NCBI GenBank assembly: GCA_964304625.1 | Contig: OZ199838.1 | Span: 7,272,035 to 7,336,034, forward strand | DNA length: 64,000 nucleotides | From: Kudoa neothunni | Taxonomy: Eukaryota > Animalia > Cnidaria | Reading direction: 5' to 3' | In this document: in pieces, positions 1 to 12,331 of the stretch | How the letters are laid out: each line of letters starts with the position of its first letter | How positions within the stretch are numbered: position 1 is the first letter of the stretch | Position numbers and translations under genes: made by a program | Notes under the pieces: model-generated | The model's database searches: none | Seen by the model: the letters and a program-made list of their open reading frames with translations, nothing else | Told to the model about the DNA's origin: nothing

Positions 1-1096
1 ATTTATCCAGTAATTTTCTCTGCTCTCTTGTGTTTGTGTCATCAAAATGGATCGCTCTGGTTAATTGCCTAAATCTTCGCAGAGAAAATAAGTCCTTGTA
101 TATTTTCCTGCCTTCAGTAGAACTAAACAAATCAACTAATGGTTCTTGTCGATCTTTATGGATAGCCATATATAAGATACATCCAATAAAGCCATTTAAT
201 TCAGCAACGTCAACGTTTTCCCATAATGAGTATTTCCATATTGGTTGGTAAATTCGATGATTTTGTTCATTATTTCCAAGGGGAAAAATGTTGAAAACAT
301 CCAGTGATATTAGAAATTCTTTGAGTGGCGTATAGAATCACATCTTGTTTAAAATTTATCATGTTTTACGCTGCATCTTTTGTCTTTCTCGGTTTCACGA
401 CGCTCCACAAATTATTATTTTTATCAGCGAGGGCATCAGCATATTCACAAATCGTGGGTTCATCTTCAACGTCTTCACTATCAGACCCTCTTGTATATAC
501 CAAATCCAATGTATCGAGGTCAGATTCATCGATGCTATCATCGCTACTTGCTAAAAAATACTCCATCGCCACTAAAACAAAGTTCCGCGCTAAGACTGAT
601 TTTAAGTATTTGTCATTTTTCGACATGAAGCTACTCTTAAATTTAATTCTTCCTTTATTTTTGGAATTACTGAATTATATAGTATTGAACTAACAAATAA
701 AAATCTGGGGTCTTTTCTCACCCCATTTGTTACTCGGAGGGTGTGTTTTTTCATATCCTCGTCATGTTGATTTATAATTTTTTCAAAAATTTTTTTAATA
801 GGTATTTGAGTTATGCAAACATATCTGAAATCTTATTATTGAAAGCTTTCTGGTTTTTAGAGAAAGCTGAAGTGTAATTTCTTCTGGGGTCATTTTTCAC
901 CCCATGTTATTTGGTGTATTTTTATTGTTTTAATATTAGTATAAAATATGAAAATCTCTTTAATTATTATTTTTTTATAGATGTTTGTATTTTAGGAGAA
1001 TAGTAGAAATTTAAGCTTTGGCAATTATTTATACTTCGAGAAAATCGAGTTTTAAATCGCTCTGGGGTCTTTTTTCACCCCATGTTACTTAAAAGG
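1..1096 (-). mobile_element. piggyBac (PGBD4-like) element, 5' part; runs off the window's left edge; transposase disrupted
   Basis: Terminus TTAA|CCTTTTAAGTAAC on the minus strand (TTAA at 1097-1100). Acidic N-terminal ORF 366-626, then frameshifted ELNGFIGCILYMAIHKDRQEPL...RRFRQLTRAIHFDD, closely similar to the ORF at 35951-36310. Confidence 0.85.
704..1087. repeat. Three subterminal quasi-palindromic repeats TCTGGGGTC(A/T)TTT(T/C)TCACCCCAT of the piggyBac end
   Basis: Copies start at 704, 883 and 1061. Confidence 0.85.
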
Positions 1097-2047
1097 TTAA
1101 GGAAATAAAAAAATATCTGGGGGTTTTGATTATTATGGGGATAGTAAGAATGCCGAGGTATCGATATTATTGGTCGAAACTTGTGAACTATCCCCTCGTT
1201 TCCGAGACTTTCTCAAGGAACCATTTTGAGCAAATATATAAATACTTGCACTTCGTGGATAATTCTAAAATTATCACGGATCCTAATTTAACCAAATACG
1301 ACAAATTCGCTAAGATTAGACCTTTGTTAGATTCTGTTAGGGCATCGTTTCTAAAGATTGAGCCCGAAAGAAACCACTCAATTAACGAACAGAGTATCCC
1401 GTTTAAGGGCAAGTGTAAGGCCAAGCAATACGTCCCCAATAAACCAACGAAATGGAGTTTTTAAATGTTTGCGAGATGTAGCGTTAGTGGTTTGGTTTAC
1501 GATTTTCATCTTTACGATGGACGAAAATCTGCCGTCACCAAAAGCTGTGGTCTTGTATTTGGCGATTTTGTCATAAAGCTGTGCGAAAGTCTACCATTGG
1601 GCGAATCACATTTCACTTATTTCGACAACTGGTTTACATCTATCCCGCTCCAAATCTTCTTAAAACGAAGAAATATCTATTCTGTTGGTACGATACATAT
1701 TAACAGAGTTAAGGGTTGTCCATTGAGTAGTGACATAGATTTAAAAAAAAAGGACGTGGCTCGTATGGTGCTCCTCATGACTCTGGCAATGGAATATCAA
1801 TAACGAGATGGTTTGATGGGTCAGTTGTCACCCTTCCATCTACTCATTCCTCGATTGAGCCAGTCTCAATGTCGAAAATATTCGATTGGTCTAAGAAAAA
1901 AATGGTGGAAATTCTTTGTCCAGCTGCGGTTAAGGAATATAACAAAAATATGGACGGGGTTGACCTATCCGATATGTTCATGTCACTTTATGTTATGAAA
2001 CATAAGTGCAGAAAGTATTATTTTAGAATCTTTTTTGGGCTCTAAAC
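1097..2047 (+). pseudogene. piggyBac (PGBD2/3-like) transposase fragment
   Basis: ORFs 1126-1464 and 1465-1803 plus a frameshifted tail contain LHFVDN, DKFAKIRPL, QYVPNKPTKW, YFDNWFTS and YNKNMDGVD. Truncated on both sides by other elements. Confidence 0.9.
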
Positions 2048-5000
2048 CAGGGGTCTCCAAAGTGGTCGATGAGAGCTTCTAGGGGGTCGATAATTACGTT
2101 AGGAGTCAAATAGGGGTCGATGCGTGTTATAGAGAATGCATTATATTTTCTGGGTTTAAAGTAATGCTTCCCATTTTTCCACTCCATACTACATTTTTAA
2201 ATACAATCAATTAACGACTAGCCCAGATATTTATTTTTTGTTTATATTTTCGAGGTTAAAATCAATCTCCAATTGCCGTAGTTAAGTAATTTAATTTTTT
2301 TAATTAATATAGATACTCCTGATAACTCATAAAAAATTAACGAACACATTAAAATTATTTTTCTTAAAATTAAATGATCGTTAATGTTAATTGTTATCAA
2401 CAATATACACAACGATAACAATGGTTAGCATTAAGTTTTTAATTGAATAAGAATGATAGGTCTTATTTTTAAAATTTATTTGAATTAAAATTACAAAAGC
2501 TCCAAAAATAATTATAATAATCTGCAATTGTTGTTTCACCCCCCTGTTAGCACCTAAAAAACTCTTCGTGCGACCTCAAGCTACGGAACATTATCTTAAA
2601 ATAAAGAATAAGATATTCTTATTAAGTTTTAGAGACGGGTATGAACAAACAATAATCATTCTATATACGATGCAATTTATTCTTAAAATACTCCGTTGTA
2701 CTTATATATCTTGCAAAAGTTTATAACCAGAATCACATACAAGCGACCTAATTCCAGAGACCTATTAAGTATGATTTATGATGAAACAGATTCATTGTGA
2801 TACATTTCGCCTTTGTTAAGAGTAAAATAGTTAGGAAAAAACTATTGAAGTTGCTGATTGGTACCAAGCTTAATATAACGATTCAGCATACTTGTTAAAC
2901 ATTTAGTACATTTCCAGTAACTAAAAAACACCCTAGAGATGCTTAATCATAATGGTATCTGAGTGTGATCGATACCGTAGCTCTGGATAATGAGTCCATA
3001 AATATATATAACTGAGGAAGCCCCAAACATTTTATTAATTTATTTTTGAATTGAGACAAGAGTATACACCTAACCCATGACCAGGTGGTTTATACATTTA
3101 AATGTTTCTAATCATTTTAAGGTCAGCTAACCAGCCTTCAACAATATAGAAAAAATGTTTTTATTGTGGAAAATCTTAATTATAAATTTGAACTTAGCAA
3201 TAATGTTCGCTATTTTGAATCCTAACAATTCCTATTAGTATCCAACATATAACAATTTTTTTTGAAAATGCTGTCATCCCTTATTTTTGGTTGATTTATT
3301 GCCTACAATAGTCAAGTATAATTAATTATAGTCCAAACTACAACTCCCCGAATATCTTCGTAAGCGAAAATAGCCATTTCCCTAACAGAAGTCAAATCAT
3401 GGGTTTCTCTAATTTAAAATATCATAGATTGAAATTCTGAAACGACGACATTTTCCACATTATTAACGAGAAGGGGATTTAGGACAGTCACATAAATAGG
3501 CGTCAGTATGCCTGTAGCGTAATTGTACCAATTTCGCGAATATATTATACTCGCTAAACCTCGCGTAATATCTGAGCTATTGTTTGGCACATTTCTTCTA
3601 TTTTTCGACAGATATAATATTCATAATGATTCCAACAGTTAGAAGGAGAAAGAGCAGACAATATTCCTTGGAATATTTGAAATATGGTTTTGTACAGTCC
3701 TGCGATAATGAAACCATCCCCATGTGTCTTTTATGTAGAAAAAAAATTAAGCAATGATGCCATGAAACCGTCTAAAATGAAAGATCACTTAGAGAGAATC
3801 CATCCTGATAAAAAAGATAAGGACGTTGAATTTTTTCAAAACACTTAAAGATAAATGGAAAGTTCAGCTAAACATGAATTCTCTTTTTAAACCAACTACT
3901 AGTGTTGATAATGAAGGAGGGCTAAAGGCATCGTACAGTATCTCTCTTAATATAGCAAAAAAAGGTAAACCATATATTATTGGAGAAGATATTATAGTAC
4001 ATGCAATTAAAGATGCGATTGAATGTGTTTTAAAGAAAGACCCCTCTTCCAGTTCTTAAGTGCATACCATTGAGCGCAAATTCTGTGCGGCGACGCATTG
4101 AAGAAATGGCAAACGATGTAGAAAGAACATTAATGTCTGAGCTCAAGATATGTAAATTTGCTATTCAACTCGACGAATCAACATTTGGAAGTTCAAATAT
4201 TCCTAATAGCTTATGTGAGGTTTAATAGTCCATCCCTTGGAGTTACTATTGATGAATTCCTATTTGCTAGTTACCCTGAAATTGACTCCAAAGGTGAGAC
4301 TATTTTTTCATGTTTGGTGGGCTATTTGAATAAGCACAATGTTCCCCTTGAAAATATTTTAGCGGTGGCTACTGACGGTGCGCCAGCTATGATAGGTCGT
4401 TATAGAGGATTTTCGGCTTTTATTAAGGAAAAGATACCTGCAGCGAAAACCGTACATTGTGTCTTACATAGGCAACACCTTGTAGCGAAGAAGCTGAGTG
4501 GTGAATTACATGATGCTTTAAAAGTGTGTATTAGAGTAATCAACAGGATTAAAGCTCACCCGCTAAATGCCAGACTGTTTTCAAGGTTGTGTGAAACAAA
4601 TGATGAAACTTACAATCAATTGCTTTTGCACACTGAAATAAGATGGTTGTCTAGAGGGGATAGTTTGCAAAGGCTCGTTGATTTGCATGACTCAGCCGAG
4701 GAATTTCTAACTGATATCGACCCCATATTATGCCGCGAGTTGCAATCAACCAAAAATCATCTGTTCTATTTAGCTAACTTATATTCTAAATTTAATGAAA
4801 TACAAAAACGTCTGCAAGGAAAAGGAGTTACGATTATTCAAGCTCGAACCATACTTATGGAATTTCAAACAAAAGTAGAACTATTTAAATCTTCGCTGAC
4901 ACGTAGAGAGTTCAAATATTTTTCAAATATGCAAGTATTAACAGAATCAAAAGATATGTCGGATCATGATTTGTGGATATACATTGAGCATCTTAATAAA

Positions 5001-5850
5001 CTAAAGGAAGATTTGAAAATAAGATATGAAGATTTGGAGAACATGAATATTCCTGAGTGGCTTATCACTTAATTTAATGTGAAAATGTATAATAATGGCT
5101 GTAAATCCGATATAGATGAGCTCATTGAAATGTCCGTAGATTTAGAAGCTAAAGTATTGTTTATAAAAATGAACCTCAGTGAATATTGGAGTAATATAAA
5201 TATTATCACCAAGTATCCCAGGCTTTCTGACGCGGCTGAATATTATCTAATAGCGTTCCCATCCTCCTATATGGTTGAAGTCGGTTTTAGTCATGCGAAC
5301 GCAATTTTGACAAAGCAAAGGAACCGGCTTAACCTTGAGACTCGTAGAGATTTGAGGCTGAAACTAACAAATTTTCAACCAGACATTAAGAGCCTGGTAG
5401 CTGCTCACCAAGTGCATCCTCCTCATTAAACTCAAGGAATATATCTCATGATGTACATTTGTCATCTTAGTTATTTTTTGTAACTGTTCTAATAAATAGA
5501 TATACCAAACTCTTTTCAATGTCCATTTATTACAATAAATTCTCATTTATTTCATGGTAAATTGTTTATTATAATTGTTTTTTTGTGCTATGATCTAATT
5601 ATAATATATGTTTAAATTTTTGCAAATCTGGAATTTTTCTAGTAGATTTTAACGTTACATTGCTAATAAAGATACTCTTTCGAGCGGTATAATTTTATAT
5701 ATTATATATATATATATATATTAGAAATAGAATATTAATGGGTTACGTTACAGATATTTTTAATTTTTTAAATAGAAAAGTTGCAAATACTAGTATTTTT
5801 AAGAACATTTCTCGATGGGGTCGACGAAAAAAAAAGTTTGGAGACCCCTG
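2048..5850 (+). mobile_element. hAT DNA transposon, Buster/SCAND3/ZBED5-like
   Basis: TIRs CAGGGGTCTCCAAA (2048) and TTTGGAGACCCCTG (ends 5850), with GGGGTCGA subterminal motifs. Confidence 0.9.
3626..5429 (+). pseudogene. Buster-type hAT transposase pseudogene
   Basis: RQYSLEYLKYGF...PMCLLC...MKPSKMKDHLERIHP (BED finger), QLDEST, ATDGAPAM, HCVLHRQHL, HTEIRWLSRG, FPSSYMVEVGFS. Several frameshifts and stops. Confidence 0.92.
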
Positions 5851-6250
5851 CATTAGACGGTAACGAAAATTTCAACTGACGCCAAGTTGATTCGATAGTG
5901 TTAGTGTGTGTGTCGTCTTTTGCAACAGAGCGCTCACTATGGTTTACCACGCGATGTTGATAACCTGATGAGGACAACTTTTTGTATAATTTTGCTACAT
6001 CGGAATGTATAGTGGTACCTAAATACAGATATATTTTTCTTATTTAAGAGAAAAACCAGGTAAAATATATTTTTTGATCAATGGTATTAGAGTTTGAAGG
6101 TTTCTTTTATTGACTGGGACAGCAAAAATATTGTCAGATCCTCGCTCTATATCACCAAATACCCATTGTCCTTCGATAGTTCGGCCGCGATTATACTTGC
6201 GTTTCCCGAATTTCGATTCGTCTATTTCGACGATTTTACCAAGACGTAAC
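5851..6250 (-). pseudogene. Merlin (IS1595/ISXO2-like) transposase fragment with a 38-nt intron (6019-6056)
   Basis: VEIDESKFGKRKYNRGR..GQWVFG, ILPG|TTIHSD, VNHS, HTNTIESTWRQLK. Removing GT..AG 6056-6019 restores the frame. Confidence 0.88.
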
Positions 6251-6274
6251 GAAATATTAATTATAAATAAAAAA

Positions 6275-7660
6275 TGTAATTTTTTCACGGTGCTTGTTAT
6301 ATCCGACGAATCTTGTTTTAAGAGATCATTTGTGATTTTCACATTTCTCTCAATTCTCATAGAACATAAAATTTAAAAAACCCTGAAAAAAAGTTCTCTA
6401 GAGATGAAAATTTATTTATTGCACCTTTTAATTTCGAGTTTATTGCTTCAAAACGATTATTCGTACAGTTGTCACAAAAATTTATGGCGTTGCTAAGACA
6501 CATTATCCATTCTTCTGCAATTGGCTCCCAATTAATTTTGAAATATTCAGGCTGTAAAGTTTTCACAAAGATTCTTAAACACTACTCTATTTGACGCATA
6601 TACCATTTTTTCTAGCAAACTGAGAACAATAACTATGGCACTTGAAGATATGTTGTATTTTTTGTAGTTATTTCTCGATTGAAAATTTGAAAAGCATGGA
6701 ACTTGCAAAGAAATAACACCGCTCTTGAAAAAATTATTCTCAAACATTTTCTTAACTTCGGATTCTTATCGTTTATAACTGAGCATAATTTTGATTCCAA
6801 CATTGGGAAAACTGCTAGTGTTTGGTTCACGTACCACTTTATTGCATCATCGGTGTCTTGATATAATACACATCCTGAGGTTAAGTGAGTTTGCCCATAG
6901 AATCAACGGCAGCAGTTAAATACAAAGGAGCTCTATGTTAAAAATCAAATTTTTGAAAAATAAAAATTTTAGTTATTTAATTACCAATAATCCAAAAATT
7001 TCAATGTCCTTATCATTAGATCATCCGCGAAGAATAAACCACAGATAGATTTTTTATCGTTCCTTAGAACTTTCACTTTACATTTATAATTATTAGTAAG
7101 CAGTTTTATAACAACCAAAATATCAAAATAATTTGTCGTATTTGCTTTTTTAACATTATGAAGAGACTTTAATGTTACCTTTTTCCCAGTTTCTTTATTC
7201 AATTTTGTTTGTATTAGTCTCTTATTTGCACCAAGTGATATAAACTCAGACAAATACCTATTAGATTGATTGATTTTTCGTTGATCTGGTGGAAATTCGA
7301 ATAGTGCAGGACTGCATGGATGATTATGAAACAGTTTTAATGTTTTAATCTCTAAAAATTGGCCATCATCGCTTGCTCTAAGGCCTATGTTAAAAGGACA
7401 ATCCCTTTTGTATGTAGTGGTTTTTCTTTCACCGCTACTTCTTTTATTGTACAGAGACCCAAAAAAACATACATACTTTATTTCATGGTAAACTAAATTT
7501 TTGTTGAAGATTTTGTCGATTCTACGCTGGGTATTCTGCAACGTTCGCGACTCTCTTTTTTTTAAATTGCAGAAATTCACCTTTTCATATTCCTCAATCA
7601 TATTTTTGAGAGATTCGTAAGAATTAAATTTCAGCCCAACGATAAATTCTACAATTCTAA
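6275..7660 (-). pseudogene. MULE (Mutator, ZSWIM3/FAR1-like) transposase pseudogene with an intron at 6933-6984
   Basis: CPFNIGLR..HNH N-terminal domain, APLYLTAAVD, FLCKFHAFQ, TNNRFEAINSKLK. Collinear with the MULE at 38.7-40.7 kb. Confidence 0.88.
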
Positions 7661-7740
7661 TATTTAAGCTTATTAACACACACCAAGACTTGCACATGGA
7701 CTGCCCATCCACACTAAATAACTCACAGGGATGCATAATA

Positions 7741-8362
7741 CCGGGTTTTGCATCCAAATCCGGACATTATTTTTTGTTGTTGGATATCTAACGTATTAAT
7801 GTCTTCTTTTGTTAATTCTAACGCATGATTAAATATAAAAGGTTTGATAATTATACCAATTAAAAAAATATGCGCCGCCAAATGTTAAAATGCAAAAATA
7901 GAAAAAACAGTATTTCAGTTTAACAATAAATAACTATAGTGATTTTAATCGCGTCCAATATCTTGGTAAGTATGGCATCTTCCTAAGAATGTTTCGGCGT
8001 GCTGGAAATAATTTTTTAAATTTCGCTCCGTGACATTATTTGTGGAATTTTTCATCCTTTCCAGTAATTCGTTGGTTCCAGGCAAGGGTCCAGTTCTTCT
8101 TACATTATTTTTTATTTGGGAGAATACCTCCTCGCATGGGTTTAAGAAGGGCGAATATCTTGGAAGATAATGAATTCACCTTCCCCTAAAATATTCTTGA
8201 GTTTACTCAAGAACTCTTGAAAAATCACGGCGTCGATTACCATCTCTCGTCTCTCGTTACTATGTTCAGTTCTACCAGGCATCGCTTCAACAATATTCAA
8301 ACAACGTGGAGCAACAAGCAAGGTTAATTACGATAATGTCCGGATTTGGATGCAAAACCCGG
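7741..8362 (-). mobile_element. Internally deleted Tc1/IS630-like element
   Basis: TIR CCGGGTTTTGCATCCAAATCCGGACATTAT at both ends, TA TSD (7739-40 and 8363-64). The minus-strand remnant reads YLPRYSPFLNPCEEVFSQIK. Confidence 0.85.
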
Positions 8363-9545
8363 TAGTTATGCTAATAAGTTCCTGAAAAATAGAAAGTTTT
8401 GCGTCAAAAATTGGGCCATCATTAATTAAGTGGATATTTTAGAGAAACGCTTTTATCCACATTTATTAATGAAACAAGACCGATTTAGACAAATGTTGCT
8501 TTTATTATTTATATATATATAAGGGGACTTATCGAATTTATTTGAGTAAACGAGATAGATTTACTGACTGAATTTTATTTTGAAAGGAATTGAATGATAA
8601 TTTATCATATAACAGACAATAATGCTTTGAAACTACTTTGTGATCTTAATCCATAGTCCATAATAAATGTCAAAATCACCAATTAATTACAAACTTAATT
8701 TTATAATTGAAGTTATGTTATAAAATAATTTATTTACAACCATTTTCGCCAACAAACCTCATTAACAAAAGTTCACGTGTTCTTAATTAACGTATGGGTT
8801 ATATCGATACTTCTTGTGATACAAAATCAACACTTTATGATTTTAAAACAATTTCATAGATAAACTTAAATATAAATTATTGAGAAATATTTCTGCCTAC
8901 TTCATGCGTTATTGGTCAATTTATAGGTAAAAGGTCAACGAAGTCGATTTCTTTTAAAAATTTACTTAATGATAGTTCATTTATTGTTATATGTATTTAC
9001 GAAATTAAAATTTTGATACGAGCGTTATTATAGGAGATATTCCCATCCGTTACATTAGCCTGTGCCATATTTTAGATTTTTAATCACCGATAATGGCTAT
9101 AACCTGCATAAAAGACTGATTTTTATCATTAATTCTATAAAAAACATTTAACACAAAACTTTAAACTTCAATATAAAAAATATGTTTGAACAAAAAAAAT
9201 TAAAGGCATATGTATCATCAAGATTTTGAGAATCCACTCTTTCCAATAAATTACCCCAGCATGGGATTAAACATTAGCATGACAATAGCCTTTATCTTTT
9301 AAATAACTATTTTAGTATAAATGTACATAATGGTTTTTCAAGATTTATGACTAATATATTAATTTTACACGAACTAGAATGAGAATAGGATCATTTAAAA
9401 TTAAGATTAGCTTGTAGGTGGCGAGCAGAAAGACCACTTCTGACAGATAAGAAAAAACAATAGTTACATAAAATTAGTAACAATAAGATGACCCAATACC
9501 AAAACATTGCACTAATAGTTTTTGTATCAAATAGATCTTTCTGAG

Positions 9546-10910
9546 CTAGGGATCGGTTTGAAGATCTGTTGGTAGAGTTTGTTTTATCTCAGATACATTA
9601 GGTTCGAAATTAATAGCTGGTTTCCGAAAATTTTTCTTAATCATGGTTGAACTTCTAGGTAGAATATTCTTTTTCCGGTGATTATCAAAGTGGTTGTTTA
9701 TTTCGTTGTAGAGTGATTTCATGAAATTGGTGCATCCCAAAAGAAATTTGTTGCTTTCGCTGATTTTTACGAGGGATAGACTGGTGTTTTGAATAGTGGT
9801 ATATACAGAGACCCATTCTTTCCAATAGTTACAAAGCACATAGTAACAATAGCCAAATAATATTACCATATAGCTAAGTCTAATGACAAAAACGATGAGT
9901 TGTCTTTCGTGACTGAGATCGATCGACTAAATCACCACATTTAATTCAAACATTCTAGGGACAATAAAGTTTATCAATTACAGTTGCAAGAACGAACGGC
10001 CTAGTGAATTTTAAAATTATAACTTCGCTAAACATTGTGCCCACCAACAGTGTAATAAGAGTATTTCTTGCGGAATGGGTATCGTAGTTCCATGTCAAAA
10101 AAATTAATGCGATAAACACTGCCATGTAAAAATAGATGGCGTCGAAGCGCATCATCTCTCCAAACAAATTGAATAGCTAATTTAAAATATATGTTTACAT
10201 TTAGATAATTTTAAACTTACTATTTCTACTAGTGGTTGCAAAGAAATAATGGTCCTTCTTAAAGTTTTATCAATCAACATTTTGAGCTCATCCAAATTGC
10301 CACTAATTATGCTGTAGGAATTCCCCACATCGATAGAATAATTTTTTATCAGCTTTTCCATCGACCTTATTTCATTAATTGTTTGATATTGTTTTTTAAC
10401 AGTTTTCAACTGCATGGAAATTATCTCATTTTGCATATCAATAGCTGCTTCAATAAGAGAGGATGACATAGAGCCGATTCGAAGAAGGTTGTTCGTAAGA
10501 GTTTCCCAATTTAGGCGTATCAACAACTCTCTCTGACCCCAACAAAATGAGGTAACATGTGTTGAAAATTGAGAGTATATTTTAAACGTAAAATCGTCCA
10601 TATTAGAGATACATTTTTGAAGAGCTTCTTCACTCGAGCTACCAACGTCTTCACCCGTGTTACATCCAAATTTTACATCGCGTCCTAAATCTTGCAAAAA
10701 ACATTCCGTCATTTGAAGAGCTATAAAGGCCCTTCCATAATCATTCAACTCTTCGCAGTCATTCACAAGGGTTGCATCAAGAAGTGTCCAACAATCAGAT
10801 CTACTTTCGACCAGATATTCACTCTTGTTTGCTATTGAGTCACTATGGGAGGTCAACAGTTGAAACAAATGCAACCTAATCAAAAGTATCCAACTAAGAA
10901 TAAACTTCAT
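9546..10910 (-). CDS. Brambleberry/GEX1/Kar5-family nuclear membrane fusion protein, copy 1 (about 421 aa; exons 10910-10221, 10176-9982, 9926-9546)
   Basis: Signal peptide, six-Cys domain CW..CEEL..IALQMTECFLQDLGR..C..CISNMD..FSTHVTSFC, coiled coil and three hydrophobic segments. Two phase-0 GT-AG introns (44 and 55 nt) join the three ORFs in frame. Confidence 0.8.
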
Positions 10911-12331
10911 TCGAGACTCACACCTTTGATATGCTAACATAGTTTCAATAAATGCTGCCTGGTATCCTTTATTTAAATACGTAACAACGATTAAACACGG
11001 TGGTAAAATCCAACAAAGGTTCCGTTAACTAAACAATACCATTCACATAATACTTTCACAGGAACTCTCAGCAACTAGAAACAAATCCTTACAATCGTGT
11101 ACAAACAAAGAAACGATATTCACTTACTAATTGAATTTAAAATGTTGACTATCAACACAAATTAACCGCCACCTAAATAAATCTTTTCGCATCTTGTTTT
11201 TTCATCCAATTGAAAAGCATATAATTTAAGAAACAATAAAAATGCATCCAATACAATTTTCTATGTACAAGTATTAATATTTCTAACGTCCATTTAGGGG
11301 TTAAGTAATAATTGAAACATTAACGAAGGCAAATACATTTTTAAAAGATTGTTTTTGAGCTCTTCAGCATTCGTAGACTTCGAAAATGAGTTTTGATGAA
11401 CTTATAGACTCAGATTTATCAAGTCCATATTTCCGTATATCTATATTATGCATTATTAAACATTTCAATTCTTATTCTAGGATTATCGAATCAATCTTTC
11501 CCATTTTAAAAAAAATTTCGGCGTAATTTTTTGTCATTCCTAAATACAACCTTTTTTAATCGTTTCGTTTCAGTGCAATCAAGATTAAAAATTTATCTTT
11601 AAAATGGAAGTTACTGTAATATCATTATTCAATCAAACTTATTTATATCTAGGCTGAAATTTCAAAATCCGCAATTAATTATTTTAATTGATGAAATATT
11701 TTCTATTTAATATGGTAATTTTTCTAAAAATGTATTAAGATTAACGTTTTATTTTATTTTGTTAAATATAATTAATAGAAAATTTGTGACTAAAATAATA
11801 AATTAATTTTAAATTTCAATATTTCTTCGATCCTTAAAAATATATCACAGCTAAAATTAAAAACACTCAAATTTTGAAAACGTTTAAAATTACTGAAACA
11901 TGCAATGTTTGTTGCACATTAAATGTAATAATACCTATTCAATCTTGAAATTTTACTAATAACTTATTTCTTTGAAAATAAGAACTATCTTGATAAAAGG
12001 ATCCACTGTGATTTTTACGCAATTTCCAGTTTCATGCGGGCGTATCATAAATAAATTACGATTTTCCTGTGCTTGCATTTGATGATTATTCCTACAAACA
12101 AGCTTTTTTTAAACACAGATAAAATTTATTTCAATTAAGGAAAGGTCATTAAATTTTGTCAAAAAATATGTGATTTTTGTGTGTCGAAACTTTTCTATTG
12201 ATATTTTTTGAATTCTGTCCGTTATGGGATATTAATCAAACAATCTAAATTGATCCCCTCGAATTAAAACTTTCGTTAAAATTTTAATTATATATTTTAT
12301 TTTTTTAATTAAAATTATGACTTCTTTAGTA

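Noticed and set aside
704-1087. CRISPR-like spaced palindromic repeats
   Set aside because: Only three copies with about 155-bp spacers, in eukaryotic context, at a piggyBac terminus, with no cas genes.
7660-7757. N-terminus of the 258-aa ORF as part of the MULE transposase
   Set aside because: The ATG lies inside the TIR of the adjacent Tc1-like element, so the extension is fortuitous.
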